Assembly: GCA_964490075.1 (NCBI GenBank)
Contig: CAZBBK010000067.1
Location: forward strand, 1-32,296
From: an uncultured Gemmatimonadota bacterium
GTDB lineage: Bacteria; GCA-2686955
Direction of reading: 5' to 3'
Length of the DNA stretch: 32,296 bases
A model generated the notes under the pieces. It was not told where the DNA came from, did no database searches, and saw nothing but the letters and a program-made list of their open reading frames with translations. Of the stretch, positions 12,849 to 22,025 are shown piece by piece. Numbering within the stretch: position 1 is the stretch's first letter; each line of letters opens with the position of its first letter. A program made the position numbers and the translations under genes.

Positions 12849-12893
12849 GCCGAGGGCGCGAGGACGTTAGACTTCCTCAGGCGGTTTTCGGCT
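12848..12893 (+). terminator. Stem-loop after ggt, possible terminator
   Basis: AGCCGAGGGC can pair with GTTTTCGGCT (three G-U pairs) around an inner GAGGA/TCCTC stem; no strong U-tract. Confidence 0.3.
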
Positions 12894-12917
12894 TCCACCT
12901 CACACCTGAGATCGACC

Positions 12918-14129
12918 ATGGCGCATTTCAACGCCGCAGCGGCCGCTCCGCTCCTGCTCGCCCTCCTGGCTCCGAGCGCCCCGGCACAGGTCGGATCGCT
13001 GGTGTCGTGGGGATCCGACTCCTACTACCTGGTCTCGAACACCCCCGGAGGGGAGGACTTCACCCAGGCGGCGGCGGGGGAGTATCACTCGCTCGCCCTG
13101 CGCTCCGACGGCTCGATCGTCTCGTGGGGCTCCAACTCCCATGGACAGGTCTCTCTGACGCCGCCGGAGGCCGACTTCCAGCACCTCTCCGGCGGCCTCT
13201 ACCACTCGCTGGCGGTGCGCCTGGGCGGCACCTTGGCCGGCTGGGGATCCGACGCCTACGGCCAGTCGACTCCTCCCGGAGGGTCGGGATTCGTGCAGGT
13301 CGCGGCGGGAGATCTGCACTCCCACGCGCTGAACGCATCGGGCGCAATCGTCTCGTGGGGCGCCGACAACGCCGGCGTGGTCTCGGACACGCCGAGCGAT
13401 GCCGACTACGTGCAGCTGGTCAGCGGCGGCGCCAACTGCTATGCGCTGAGAACGAACGGCGCGATCGTCGCCTGGGGAAGCGACAGTTACGGGCAGGTGT
13501 CGCTGATTCCTCCCGGCAGCGGCTACCAGGAACTGGCCGCGGGCCTCTTGCACGCCTGCGCCCTGCGCTCCAACGGCGGCCTGGTCTCCTGGGGCTACGA
13601 CGGCCAGGGACAGGTTTCCAACACGCCGCACGATCAGGATTTCGTGCAGGTGGCGGCCGGCTCCAACCACACCATCGCACTCAAGAGCGACGGCAGCCTG
13701 GTGGCCTGGGGCAACGACAGCTACGGCCAGGTCTCCGACCTTCCCGGCGGCAACGATTTCGCGCAGGCCGCCGGCGGTGCCTATCACTCTCTGGCGCTGC
13801 GCCTGCGGGCGACACCAGTCTACGGGATCACCAACCTGGTGGCCGGCGAGCTCGCGATCCTGGAGTGCTCGGGCTGCCCGATCGGCAGCCAGGTCGCCTT
13901 CGGCTACTCGACCACCGGACCGGGCCCGACCCAGACCGAGTACGGAGAGCTCGAGATGAGCATGCCGATCCAGCACATCGGACCGGTGCCGACCGCCAAC
14001 GGCGTGGCCCTGCTCGCGGTACCGATCCCGGACGGCACCAGCGGCGTGGCGGTGCACACCCAGTGCGTGGTCTTCGCCGACGGCGGCGAGACGCTGGTGT
14101 CTAATGCGCTGCACGAGACGATCGAGTAG
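12918..14129 (+). CDS. Secreted RCC1/BLIP-II-like seven-bladed beta-propeller protein with a C-terminal beta domain
   Basis: Signal peptide; seven ~39-aa repeats of the form WG.DSYGQVS..P....F.QVAAG..HSLALRSDG. Confidence 0.85.
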   Translation: MAHFNAAAAAPLLLALLAPSAPAQVGSLVSWGSDSYYLVSNTPGGEDFTQAAAGEYHSLALRSDGSIVSWGSNSHGQVSLTPPEADFQHLSGGLYHSLAVRLGGTLAGWGSDAYGQSTPPGGSGFVQVAAGDLHSHALNASGAIVSWGADNAGVVSDTPSDADYVQLVSGGANCYALRTNGAIVAWGSDSYGQVSLIPPGSGYQELAAGLLHACALRSNGGLVSWGYDGQGQVSNTPHDQDFVQVAAGSNHTIALKSDGSLVAWGNDSYGQVSDLPGGNDFAQAAGGAYHSLALRLRATPVYGITNLVAGELAILECSGCPIGSQVAFGYSTTGPGPTQTEYGELEMSMPIQHIGPVPTANGVALLAVPIPDGTSGVAVHTQCVVFADGGETLVSNALHETIE

Positions 14130-14174
14130 TTCTGCTCTGGCGCTTTCGAGGGCCCGAAGAGGGTTTTCGGCTTG

Positions 14175-14340
14175 TGTGGATCGGGGTCACCGGCATCGAT
14201 GCAGGGGGAGCCCGGCATCGGCCGGAAGTCTCCCTGGTCGGGGGCGAAGAGCAGAGGGTCGGAGTGGATGATGGCGCTGGTATCGATCAGCGCGCCGCCG
14301 AAATCGCCATCGGCGTTTTGCCACATCACATTCGCCACCG
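14175..14340 (-). pseudogene. Orphan C-terminal fragment of a right-handed beta-helix-type secreted protein
   Basis: NVMWQN...SDPLL...GDFRPMPGSPCIDAGDP. The upstream part of this frame is REP DNA, so there is no credible N-terminus. Boundaries approximate. Confidence 0.65.
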
Positions 14341-14350
14341 CCTTCCCCCG

Positions 14351-14583
14351 CCATTCCGGCTTCCTCCTCTCCGTCATTCCGGCTTCCTCCTCTCCGTCAT
14401 TCCGGCGAAAGCCGGAATCCAGTCGTGGGTGCAGCCCCCTGCGCTGATCAGGCATTTGCGGGGCTCGGCGCAAGGGCGCCCTCGGGCCGTGCCCCTGCAT
14501 CGGCGCGGGCAGTGGATTCCGGCTTTCGCCGGAATGACGAGACGGGGCGGGCCGGAATGACGAGACGGGGCGGGCCGGAATGG
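14351..14583. repeat. REP doublet (REPIN-like) with 23-bp tandem half-REP extensions on both sides
   Basis: CGTCATTCCGGCGAAAGCCGGAATCCAG (14395-14422) and inverted copy (14513-14539); 2x CATTCCGGCTTCCTCCTCTCCGT (14352-14397) and 2x GCCGGAATGACGAGACGGGGCGG (14528-14573). Confidence 0.9.
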
Positions 14584-14737
14584 GGTTTCGATATAGCGCC
14601 TCCTCCACGCGAAGAAGCGTGGTCGAGGCCGCTCCCCCAACCGCGCATGGAGCCCCGGAGGCCAAAGGACTCCCGCTGGGCCCGCGGTTCCTCGCGGAGT
14701 GCGTCGCTCGAGAGGCGCTATGTCGAATCGCCAGGGC
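14582..14737. repeat. Non-coding hairpin/MITE-like element, copy 2
   Basis: Inverted ends 14582-14602 / 14712-14732 (18 of 21); about 80% identical to 102-233; followed by half-REP GCGGGAATGACG (14736-14747). Confidence 0.75.
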
Positions 14738-14770
14738 GGGAATGACGGTTGGGAGAAGGGCCCAGGCCGT

Positions 14771-15970
14771 CTAGCCCGAATCCCCCCGCTCCGGCGAGTC
14801 CACCAGCCGCGCCGGCAGAATCGCCGCTTCGCCGAAGCGGTCGCGGATCTGGTCGGCGGCGCGATCGAGCTCGGAATCCGCCTCGGCCGGGTCGGCGAAG
14901 AGCTCCCGCTGCGGGTGCTCCCCGAAGCCGGTGAGGGAGACGCCGATCAGGCGCACCGCCCGATTCGGGTGCCGGGCCAGCAAGGGCCGCAGCTTGGCGC
15001 GCGCGCGGTGGAAGATGTCGAGGGTCGACTCGGTGGCGGGATCGTGGGTGTCGGCGCGGGTCAGGGTGCTGAAATCCGACCAGCGCAGCTTGAGCTGCAC
15101 CGTGCGTCCGCGCAGGCCCAGGCGCCGCAGGCGCCGCCCGACGTGGTCGGCCAGCATCAAGAGGGTGCGCTCGATTTCTTCGTGATCGGCGACATCGACG
15201 TCGAAGGTCAGCTCGTGCCCCACCGATTTGGCCTCGATCCCGCCCTCGACGCGGCGCGGATCTTCGCCGCGCCCGAGCGCCAGGAAGTGCTCGGCGTGGG
15301 CGCTGCCCAGGCGGCGCCGGAGCAGCGCCGGATCGACCGCGTAGAGGTCGGCGACCTTGCGGATCCCGAGCTGCTCCAAGAGCTCGGCCGCCTTCGGTCC
15401 CACCCCCCACAGGCGACGGATCGGCAGGGGCGCCAGGAACTCGATCTCGGCACCGCGAGGAACGATCACCAGTCCGGCCGGCTTCTCGAGATCGGAGGCG
15501 ATCTTGGCCACCGACTTGCAGGCCGCCACGCCGATCGACACCACCAGGCGCTCGCGGCGCCAGATCTCGCGCCGCAGGGCGCGGGCGATGGTGGGCGGGT
15601 CGCCGAAGAGGCGCCGGCTGCCGGTCACCTCGAGAAAGGCCTCGTCGAGCGAGAGCGGCTCCACCTCGGGCGTGAAGTGGCGGAAGATCTCCATCACGCG
15701 GCGCGAGATCTCGACGTAGCGGCCCATGCGCGGGCGCAGGTAGACGCCCTGGGGGCAGCGCTTGAAAGCCTGGGAGATCGGCAGCGCCGAGTGCACCCCG
15801 AATTCGCGCGCTTCGTAGGAAGCGGTGGAGACCACGCCGCGGCCGCGGCCGCCCTGCGGATCGGAGCCGACGATCACCGGCCGGCCGGCCAGCTCCGGCC
15901 GGTCGAGCACCTCGACCGCGGCGTAGAACTGGTCGAGATCGGCGTGGATGATCGCCCTGGGTCGTTCCAT
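14771..15970 (-). CDS. dinB: DNA polymerase IV (Y family)
   Basis: IIHADLDQFYAAVE, STASYEAREFGVHS, SLDEAFL, AKIASDLEKPAG, LWGVGPK, KSVGHELTF; start at ATG 15970. Confidence 0.95.
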   Translation of the reverse strand: MERPRAIIHADLDQFYAAVEVLDRPELAGRPVIVGSDPQGGRGRGVVSTASYEAREFGVHSALPISQAFKRCPQGVYLRPRMGRYVEISRRVMEIFRHFTPEVEPLSLDEAFLEVTGSRRLFGDPPTIARALRREIWRRERLVVSIGVAACKSVAKIASDLEKPAGLVIVPRGAEIEFLAPLPIRRLWGVGPKAAELLEQLGIRKVADLYAVDPALLRRRLGSAHAEHFLALGRGEDPRRVEGGIEAKSVGHELTFDVDVADHEEIERTLLMLADHVGRRLRRLGLRGRTVQLKLRWSDFSTLTRADTHDPATESTLDIFHRARAKLRPLLARHPNRAVRLIGVSLTGFGEHPQRELFADPAEADSELDRAADQIRDRFGEAAILPARLVDSPERGDSG

Positions 15971-16082
15971 GATCGGGCTCGATGGAGGCTCGCTCGCGCT
16001 GCTCGGATCATACTCCCTGGGAAACCGTCCGGGCGGATCGGTCGAGTCAGGTGCCGCCCCGCGCCAGCAGAACCACCGGGGG

Positions 16083-16116
16083 CGCGACGCTGGAATCCTC
16101 CGCGGCCAGCGTCGCG
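16083..16116. other. Perfect 11-bp stem hairpin in the dinB / kinase divergent region
   Basis: CGCGACGCTGG-N12-CCAGCGTCGCG. Confidence 0.5.
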
Positions 16117-16266
16117 GCCCGATCGGCGTCGCCGAACCAGGAAAGGCCCCGGGGGAACGCGCCCACTCCATCCCATCACCCTTACAAAAGGGCCTCTCCC
16201 GCTGGTGGACTCCCGGGGCTGGGTACTCCATGATCCCGGGTGCCGTCCCTTTCCGTGAAGTGTCCG

Positions 16267-18246
16267 ATGAGCAACTCCTCCCCCCCCACTGTCGCGTCCC
16301 TCGCCGAACGCCCCCTGCCCGACCTGGTGCGGGCGGCGGTCGCCGGGCGTGATCGCTATTTCCTGGACGCCGGCGACCCGATTCTCGCCTGCGATCTCGG
16401 CGGGCGGATCGTCGATCTGAACCCGGCCGCCGAGCGCGCCTACGGCTGGAGCCGGCGAGAGCTGTTGGGACGTTCGGCCAGGACGCTGGTCGCCCCCGGC
16501 GACCGTGCCCGCCACGACCAGCTGATGGAGCGGGCGCGGCGCGGCGAGACTCTCGGCTGCATCGCGCTGCGGCAGCGCAGCCGCGACGGCCGTTCGTGGC
16601 CTGGGCTGCTCACCCTGGCGCCGACCATGGACGCGCTGGGCGAGCCGCTCGGCATCACCACCAGCGTCAAGGAGACCAGCGCCCTGGAGCGCGCCCACGG
16701 CGGGCCCTGCGCGGCGGAAGAGCGGCTGCGCGCGCTGATCGACCGCATGATGGAGGGCTTCGCGCTCTCGGAGATCATCGCCGACGCGAAGGGACGCCCG
16801 GTCGACTTCCGCTATCTCGACATCAACCCGGCCTTCGAGCGGCTCACCGGACGCAGCCGCGACCAGGTGGTGGGGAAGCGGGCATCCGAGGTCTTCCCCA
16901 AGCTCGACCCCTTCTGGGTGGAGACCATGGGTCAGGTCGCCACCAGCGGCCGCTCGCTGCGCTTCGAGCGTCACGGCACGCGCACCGACCAGTTTCTCGA
17001 GGTGCTCGCCTACTCCCCGGCCCCGGGCCAGTTCGCCTGCCTCTTCATCGATATCACCAAGCGCAAGCGCCTGGAGGAGAAGCGGGTCGACGACGAGCGG
17101 CGGCTCCAGCAGGCGCAGAAGATGGAGAGTCTGGGGGTGCTGGCCGGCGGCATCGCTCACGACTTCAACAATCTGCTGGTGGGGGTGCTGGGCCACGCCG
17201 AGCTGGCGCTCGACAGCATGGCTGAGGTCGATCCGTCGCGCGGCAATGTGCGCGGCATCGTGCGCGCCGCCAAGCGCGCTTCCGACCTGACGCGGCAGAT
17301 GCTGGCCTACTCGGGCCGCGGCAAGTTCGAGGTCGAGATTCTCGACCTGAACGCGCTGCTGCGCGGCATGAACGAGCTGCTGCGGGTGTCGATCGCCAAG
17401 ACCGCGGTCCTCAAGCAGGATCTGGCCGACTCGGTCCCGCCGATCGAGGCCGACGCCGCCCAGGTGCGCCAGGTGGTGATGAACCTGCTCACCAACGCCT
17501 CGGAGGCGATCGGCCAGAAGAGCGGGGTGATCTCGATCCGCACCGGGGCGCGCGAGCTGAGCGCGGACGATCTGGCCGACTGCGTCGTGGACGGGGTCGA
17601 GGCGGGCGCGCTCTACTCCTATCTGGCGGTGGCCGACACCGGCTGCGGCATGGACGAGGAGACTCGGGCGCGGATCTTCGAGCCCTTCTTCACCACCAAG
17701 TTCACCGGGCGAGGCCTGGGGCTGGCCGCGGTGCTGGGCATCGCCCGGGGTCATGGCGGCACCATCGAGGTGCGCAGCGAGGTGGGGCGCGGCACCGAGA
17801 TCCGGGTGCTTTTTCCGGCGCGGAGCGAGCCGCTCTCTCCCGAGCGCTCGGCGCAGGGTCGCGAGGCCCAGACCTGGCGCGGCGAGGGGACCGTGCTGCT
17901 GGTCGACGACGAGGAGACGGTGCGCGGTGTGGGCAAGCAGTTCCTGATGCGGGCCGGATTCGAGGTGATCACCGCGGTGGACGGGCGGGAGGCATGCGAG
18001 ATCTACCGCGCCCGAGCCGACGAGATCGTGGCGGTGGTGCTCGATCTGACCATGCCGCGGATGGACGGCGACGCCTGTTTCCGCGAGCTGCGGCGGATGC
18101 GTCCCGAGGTCAAGGTGCTGCTCTCCAGCGGCTACAACGAGCAGGAGCTGAGGACGCGCTTCGACGGCCGCGGCTTCGCGGGCTTTGTGCAGAAGCCCTA
18201 TTCCGGCACCGTGCTCCGCTCCAAGCTGAGGGAGTTGCTGGGGTAG
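16267..18246 (+). CDS. Cytoplasmic PAS-PAS hybrid histidine kinase with receiver (CckA-like architecture)
   Basis: Two PAS repeats (NPAAERAYGW, INPAFERLTG), AGGIAHDFNNLL, MNLLTNA, DTGCGM, IFEPFFTTK, GRGLGL, receiver LVDDE/LDLTMP/KP. Confidence 0.92.
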   Translation: MSNSSPPTVASLAERPLPDLVRAAVAGRDRYFLDAGDPILACDLGGRIVDLNPAAERAYGWSRRELLGRSARTLVAPGDRARHDQLMERARRGETLGCIALRQRSRDGRSWPGLLTLAPTMDALGEPLGITTSVKETSALERAHGGPCAAEERLRALIDRMMEGFALSEIIADAKGRPVDFRYLDINPAFERLTGRSRDQVVGKRASEVFPKLDPFWVETMGQVATSGRSLRFERHGTRTDQFLEVLAYSPAPGQFACLFIDITKRKRLEEKRVDDERRLQQAQKMESLGVLAGGIAHDFNNLLVGVLGHAELALDSMAEVDPSRGNVRGIVRAAKRASDLTRQMLAYSGRGKFEVEILDLNALLRGMNELLRVSIAKTAVLKQDLADSVPPIEADAAQVRQVVMNLLTNASEAIGQKSGVISIRTGARELSADDLADCVVDGVEAGALYSYLAVADTGCGMDEETRARIFEPFFTTKFTGRGLGLAAVLGIARGHGGTIEVRSEVGRGTEIRVLFPARSEPLSPERSAQGREAQTWRGEGTVLLVDDEETVRGVGKQFLMRAGFEVITAVDGREACEIYRARADEIVAVVLDLTMPRMDGDACFRELRRMRPEVKVLLSSGYNEQELRTRFDGRGFAGFVQKPYSGTVLRSKLRELLG

Positions 18247-18247
18247 C

Positions 18248-20275
18248 TCAAGGCACGATCCGGCAGGCATCCGCCGCCACCCGGGTCGAGCCGTAGGCCT
18301 CGCCGGTGACGTCGACCACCGCGACGATGTTGCGGCCGGATTTGAACTCGAAGCGGCCGAGCGAGACCCATTCGTCGAAGTAGCGGCTCTGGTCGACCTG
18401 GTGGGGGCCCTGCCAGCCGCCGGTGGTCCGCAGGTAGTAGTGGGCGCTGCCGGTGGTGGCGTAGTTGGCGGGGATGTGGACCTGGACCTGGTAGCTGCGG
18501 GCGGCGGTGTCGAAGAGCCAGGCGGCGGCGTTCTCGTAGGGCATGGAGGAGATGTTCCAGGTCCAGCGGGTGGAACCACCGTAGCCCCAGCCGGTGGCCA
18601 GCCACCACTGATCGGGCGGGCCGACCATGCGGAAGTTCGGATCGTCGTTGTCGACCACCACCACGCCGCCATCTCCCTCGCATTCGTCGGTCGGCCAGCC
18701 CATGTTCTGGTCGGTCCAGAAGCTCTCGGGACCGGAGCAGGTGCCGGCGAAGGGGTCGTCGAGCGGATAGCCGTAGCGCAGCACCTCGAAATGGAGGTGG
18801 GGACCGCTGGAGTTGCCCGAGTTGCCGCTGCGGCCGACCTCGTCGCCGCAAGCCAGCGCCGAGGCCTGGGTCGGCGTGCCGGCCTGCATGTGGGCGTAGA
18901 TGGTCTGGCCGTCGCCGTGATCGAGCCTGATCATGTTGCCGAAGCCGCCGCAGTCGGTGTTGCCGGGCCAGCCCTCTCCGAAGCCGTCGCAGCGCATGCT
19001 CACAAGGCCGTCGGCGCCGGCGTAGATATGGGTCCAGCGCGGGGCGCCGATGTCGGTGCCGCGGTGGCCGTTGTAGCTGAAGCCGCCGCATTTCCAGTCG
19101 AGCACGCCGGCGCCGGCGTCGTTGTCGTAGTAGGCGGTGTAGCCGGGGTGATAGGAGAGCGGGAAGCGGAAGGTGGTGGAGGGCACGGGATCGGGTCCCC
19201 GCGGGGGATGTGGCGGCGGCGCGGGGAGCTCGCGAGCGGGGCCGGAGCCGGCGCCGGAGCCGGCGGGGATGCGCCGCAACGGGTCGGCGGGCGGCGCCAG
19301 GTCGGCGGCCAGGGGGCGGAAGCGGGTCGGATCGGCGCCGCTCGCGATCACCAGTCGCTCGGCACCGTCGGCGCCGGGGCGGCGCGCGACCAGCTCGCCG
19401 GCGGCGCTGAAACCGGGCTGGCGGCCCGGGCCCAGCTCGCGCAGCTCGCCGGAATCGAGGTCGGCCCACCAGAGCGTGGGGGCGCCGGCGCCGGGCGCGC
19501 ACCAGGCGAGTCGGTCGCGGTGGGGCGAGATCGCCAGAGAGCCGTCGGAGGTCGGTGGATCGAGGCCGTCGGCACGGCCGCGAAAGAGCGCCCGCGGGGT
19601 GCCGCCGGGGCGATCGAGAAGGTAGAAAGAGGCGCGGCCGCTGCGCGCGCCGCTGGTGAAGAGCAGTGCTCCGCCGGGCAGCGGGCGCGGCCGGCTGTCG
19701 TCGACTCCGTCGGTCCAGGGGATCGGCTCGCCGCCGGACAGATCGATCGCCTCGATGCGCAGAGGCCCCGGAAAGGCCGCCGGCGCGCGTGCGCAGCGCG
19801 CCACGAAGAGCCAGCGACCGCAGGGCGAGAAGCACGGATCGACGGCACCCTCGAGGGTCATCCGAGGCTCACCGCTGGCCGCTTCGCGCAGCTCGACCGC
19901 GAGCTCGCGGGTCCAGATCGCCACCAGCTCGCCATCGGGCGAGAGGCGGGCATCGACCACCCGCGGCCGCCCCTCGAGCACACGCGGCTCGCCGGGACTG
20001 CGCGAGGAGAGCAGCACCAGGTCGGTGCCGAGCAGCGCGTCGGAAGCAGCCCGGCGCGCGTCGGCACGGGTGACTCCCAGCACTCTGAGCTCCCCCCGCG
20101 GGCCGCGCGCCGCGGCGCGCAGCGCCACGACACCGGGCGCCGGCAGCCGCCGCAGACCGTCGGCGACCACGATCGCCTCGCCCTTGGCCGTCAGGGTAGC
20201 GGGGACCGGCTCTGCGCCGGCCGGCAGCGCCGGAGCCAAGAGCGCGAGGCGGAGAAGTGCGCGAGAGACACCCAT
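18248..20275 (-). CDS. Secreted M23 metallopeptidase with N-terminal TolB-like propeller and C-terminal golvesin-like domain
   Basis: AAGGAG RBS before ATG 20275; signal peptide; LSPDG/FSPCG repeats; HRGTD, YAH and HLHFE Zn motifs; VVVDNDD...WVSLGRFEF...AADA tail. Confidence 0.85.
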   Translation of the reverse strand: MGVSRALLRLALLAPALPAGAEPVPATLTAKGEAIVVADGLRRLPAPGVVALRAAARGPRGELRVLGVTRADARRAASDALLGTDLVLLSSRSPGEPRVLEGRPRVVDARLSPDGELVAIWTRELAVELREAASGEPRMTLEGAVDPCFSPCGRWLFVARCARAPAAFPGPLRIEAIDLSGGEPIPWTDGVDDSRPRPLPGGALLFTSGARSGRASFYLLDRPGGTPRALFRGRADGLDPPTSDGSLAISPHRDRLAWCAPGAGAPTLWWADLDSGELRELGPGRQPGFSAAGELVARRPGADGAERLVIASGADPTRFRPLAADLAPPADPLRRIPAGSGAGSGPARELPAPPPHPPRGPDPVPSTTFRFPLSYHPGYTAYYDNDAGAGVLDWKCGGFSYNGHRGTDIGAPRWTHIYAGADGLVSMRCDGFGEGWPGNTDCGGFGNMIRLDHGDGQTIYAHMQAGTPTQASALACGDEVGRSGNSGNSSGPHLHFEVLRYGYPLDDPFAGTCSGPESFWTDQNMGWPTDECEGDGGVVVVDNDDPNFRMVGPPDQWWLATGWGYGGSTRWTWNISSMPYENAAAWLFDTAARSYQVQVHIPANYATTGSAHYYLRTTGGWQGPHQVDQSRYFDEWVSLGRFEFKSGRNIVAVVDVTGEAYGSTRVAADACRIVP

Positions 20276-20303
20276 GCGGGGCTCCTTTCGGGATCCCCTC
20301 TCT

Positions 20304-20328
20304 TCAAGAATCACACAACTTTGGGCGA
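20304..20328 (+). repeat. 25-bp direct repeat, left copy
   Basis: TCAAGAATCACACAACTTTGGGCGA, identical to 24035-24059. Confidence 0.95.
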
Positions 20329-20370
20329 ATTGGGCGATTTCGCCGGCGACGGGTCGTCGCAACGCGCCGC

Positions 20371-21099
20371 CTACCGCGCGTACGCGACCCGCTCGCGATC
20401 CAGACGACGCCCCAGAGCGAGCGCGGCCAGCACCAGGAAAGAGAGAATCGCGACATAGGGCCCAAGCGCGGACCACGAGAAACTCTGCTCCCACTGGCGC
20501 AACGACGACACGGCCATATAGGCCATGAGCGTCAGCATGTAGATCACCCGGGCCAGGACCGGGCTGACGCTCAACAGTTGCAGTGCGCCCACGACCAGGC
20601 AGATCGCAAAGGCCGTCGGCGGCATCAAGAGCACGAGGAACACCAGGGCGGGGACACTCGGAAGCTGAAGCGGCGCAGGAGCGACCATCAACAGATGGGT
20701 CTCCACGACCAACAACGCGCTCCCGACGAACGCCGTGCAGCATCCGAAGCAGAGCAGAAGCAGGCTCTTGCCCAACCACAGGGAGCGCACCGGCAGATGG
20801 GTGGAAAGGACGAACTCCAGGGTGCCGGTCAGCCGTTCCTGAACAAATGCGGTATTCAGCGAGCTCAACATCACCAGGAGACACAATGACATCGCGTGGT
20901 GCGTGAGGGCGCCATCGATCAGCGCCTGGGCCATCTGCTCCCGAACCCCGTCGGGAGCATGGTACGCCGCCAAGCCATTGGCGAAGAGTAAGAGCAGCGG
21001 CAAGAGCAGCATCCCGCCGAAAGTCGTCGCTTTGTTCTTGACCTCCCTGAGGTCCTTCCACATGATCGCCCTGATTTGAGAGGTAAAGAGTGTCGTCAC
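20371..21099 (-). CDS. ABC-2 type exporter permease
   Basis: IMWKDLRE, about six TM segments, ERLTGTLEFVLSTHLPVRSLWLGK; GTG start overlaps the ATPase stop. Confidence 0.88.
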   Translation of the reverse strand: MTTLFTSQIRAIMWKDLREVKNKATTFGGMLLLPLLLLFANGLAAYHAPDGVREQMAQALIDGALTHHAMSLCLLVMLSSLNTAFVQERLTGTLEFVLSTHLPVRSLWLGKSLLLLCFGCCTAFVGSALLVVETHLLMVAPAPLQLPSVPALVFLVLLMPPTAFAICLVVGALQLLSVSPVLARVIYMLTLMAYMAVSSLRQWEQSFSWSALGPYVAILSFLVLAALALGRRLDRERVAYAR

Positions 21100-22025
21100 T
21101 AGACCCTGCCCTCCGCCAATTCGAAAACATCGTCCAGGTCAACGTGGAGGGGTTCGACTCTCTGGGCCTCGATCGACGCATCGGCCAGCCGACCGATCAC
21201 CTGAACGATCGACTGAGGGCTGCTCGTAAGCAACACTCCCGGCTCCGAGGCGCGTCCAGGGCGCAGCAATCCCAGACCGGGAATCAGAACACGGCGGCGT
21301 GAGCGGGGAAGCTCGCAGGTGCCATCGAGCCACACTCGGTATTTCCTGCCTTCGAAGCCGCGAGTGATCTCCTCGACCGTGCCGCACATCACTCCGCGCC
21401 CCTCCTGCATGAACGTGAGGCGATCACAGAGCTCCTGCACCTCTCGCAAATTGTGAGAGCTCAAGAACACGGTCCGGCCTTCTTCAGCCGACTCGGAAAC
21501 CAGCTCCTGGAAATCCTGTTGGAAATGGGGATCGATGCCGGAGGTCGGCTCATCGAACACCAGCACGGGCGGATCGGGCATCAGAGCCCGCGCCATTGCC
21601 AGCTTTCGTCGCATCCCCTTGGAGAAGGTCGAAGCTCTCTGGTTGGCGCGATCGTCTAGACCGAATCGCTCGAGAAGGGATCGAGCCCGTGCCGCGGGGT
21701 CTGGCACGAGCTGGAGCTTGCCAAAGTAGACCAGGTTGTCCAGCGCCGTGAGGCCCGCGTAGACCGTCGAGTCTTCGAGCATGGCACCGGTCGTCGTTCT
21801 CACGTTTCGGTCCCGATAGGGATCGGTTCCCGAGACCAGGACCCGGCCGCTGGTCGGCCGGATCAAGCCGAGAATCGAGCGAATCGTGGTGGTCTTGCCC
21901 GCCCCATTCGGACCCACCAGACCATAGATCTCTCCCGCCATGGCACGAACGTCGAGATCAACGACCGCATCCTTCGCGCCGTAGCGTTTGCAGAAACCGC
22001 TGACTTCAATTTGCGGATCGCTCAT
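21099..22025 (-). CDS. ABC exporter ATP-binding subunit
   Basis: GPNGAGKTT, FSKGM, VFDEPTSGID, SSH; ATG 22025 overlaps the radical SAM stop (ATGA). Confidence 0.95.
   Translation of the reverse strand: MSDPQIEVSGFCKRYGAKDAVVDLDVRAMAGEIYGLVGPNGAGKTTTIRSILGLIRPTSGRVLVSGTDPYRDRNVRTTTGAMLEDSTVYAGLTALDNLVYFGKLQLVPDPAARARSLLERFGLDDRANQRASTFSKGMRRKLAMARALMPDPPVLVFDEPTSGIDPHFQQDFQELVSESAEEGRTVFLSSHNLREVQELCDRLTFMQEGRGVMCGTVEEITRGFEGRKYRVWLDGTCELPRSRRRVLIPGLGLLRPGRASEPGVLLTSSPQSIVQVIGRLADASIEAQRVEPLHVDLDDVFELAEGRV

Noticed and set aside
12866-14105. Integron cassette (GTTAGAC before the RCC1 gene, GTCTAAT near its end)
   Set aside because: The second site is not RYYYAAC and is inside the CDS; no attC fold or integrase is present.
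14352-14583. Possible CRISPR array
   Set aside because: Units are 23 bp with identical filler, only two per side, in inverted orientation, and there are no cas genes; this fits a REP structure.
14670-14735. IS200/RAYT transposase C-terminal remnant (WARG...RRYVE)
   Set aside because: Too short, no HUH motif, and WARG is not kept in the other copy of the repeat.
16131-16220. c-di-AMP (ydaO) riboswitch-like start GCCGAACCAGGAAAGG...GGGGGAAC
   Set aside because: The downstream conserved blocks (second GAAUC, GAACCCGUCAGCUAAC) are absent; cmscan would settle it.
20304-20328. Direct repeat as a tRNA/tmRNA 3' att site or CRP box
   Set aside because: No tRNA features are visible, and only a TGTGA half-site is present.
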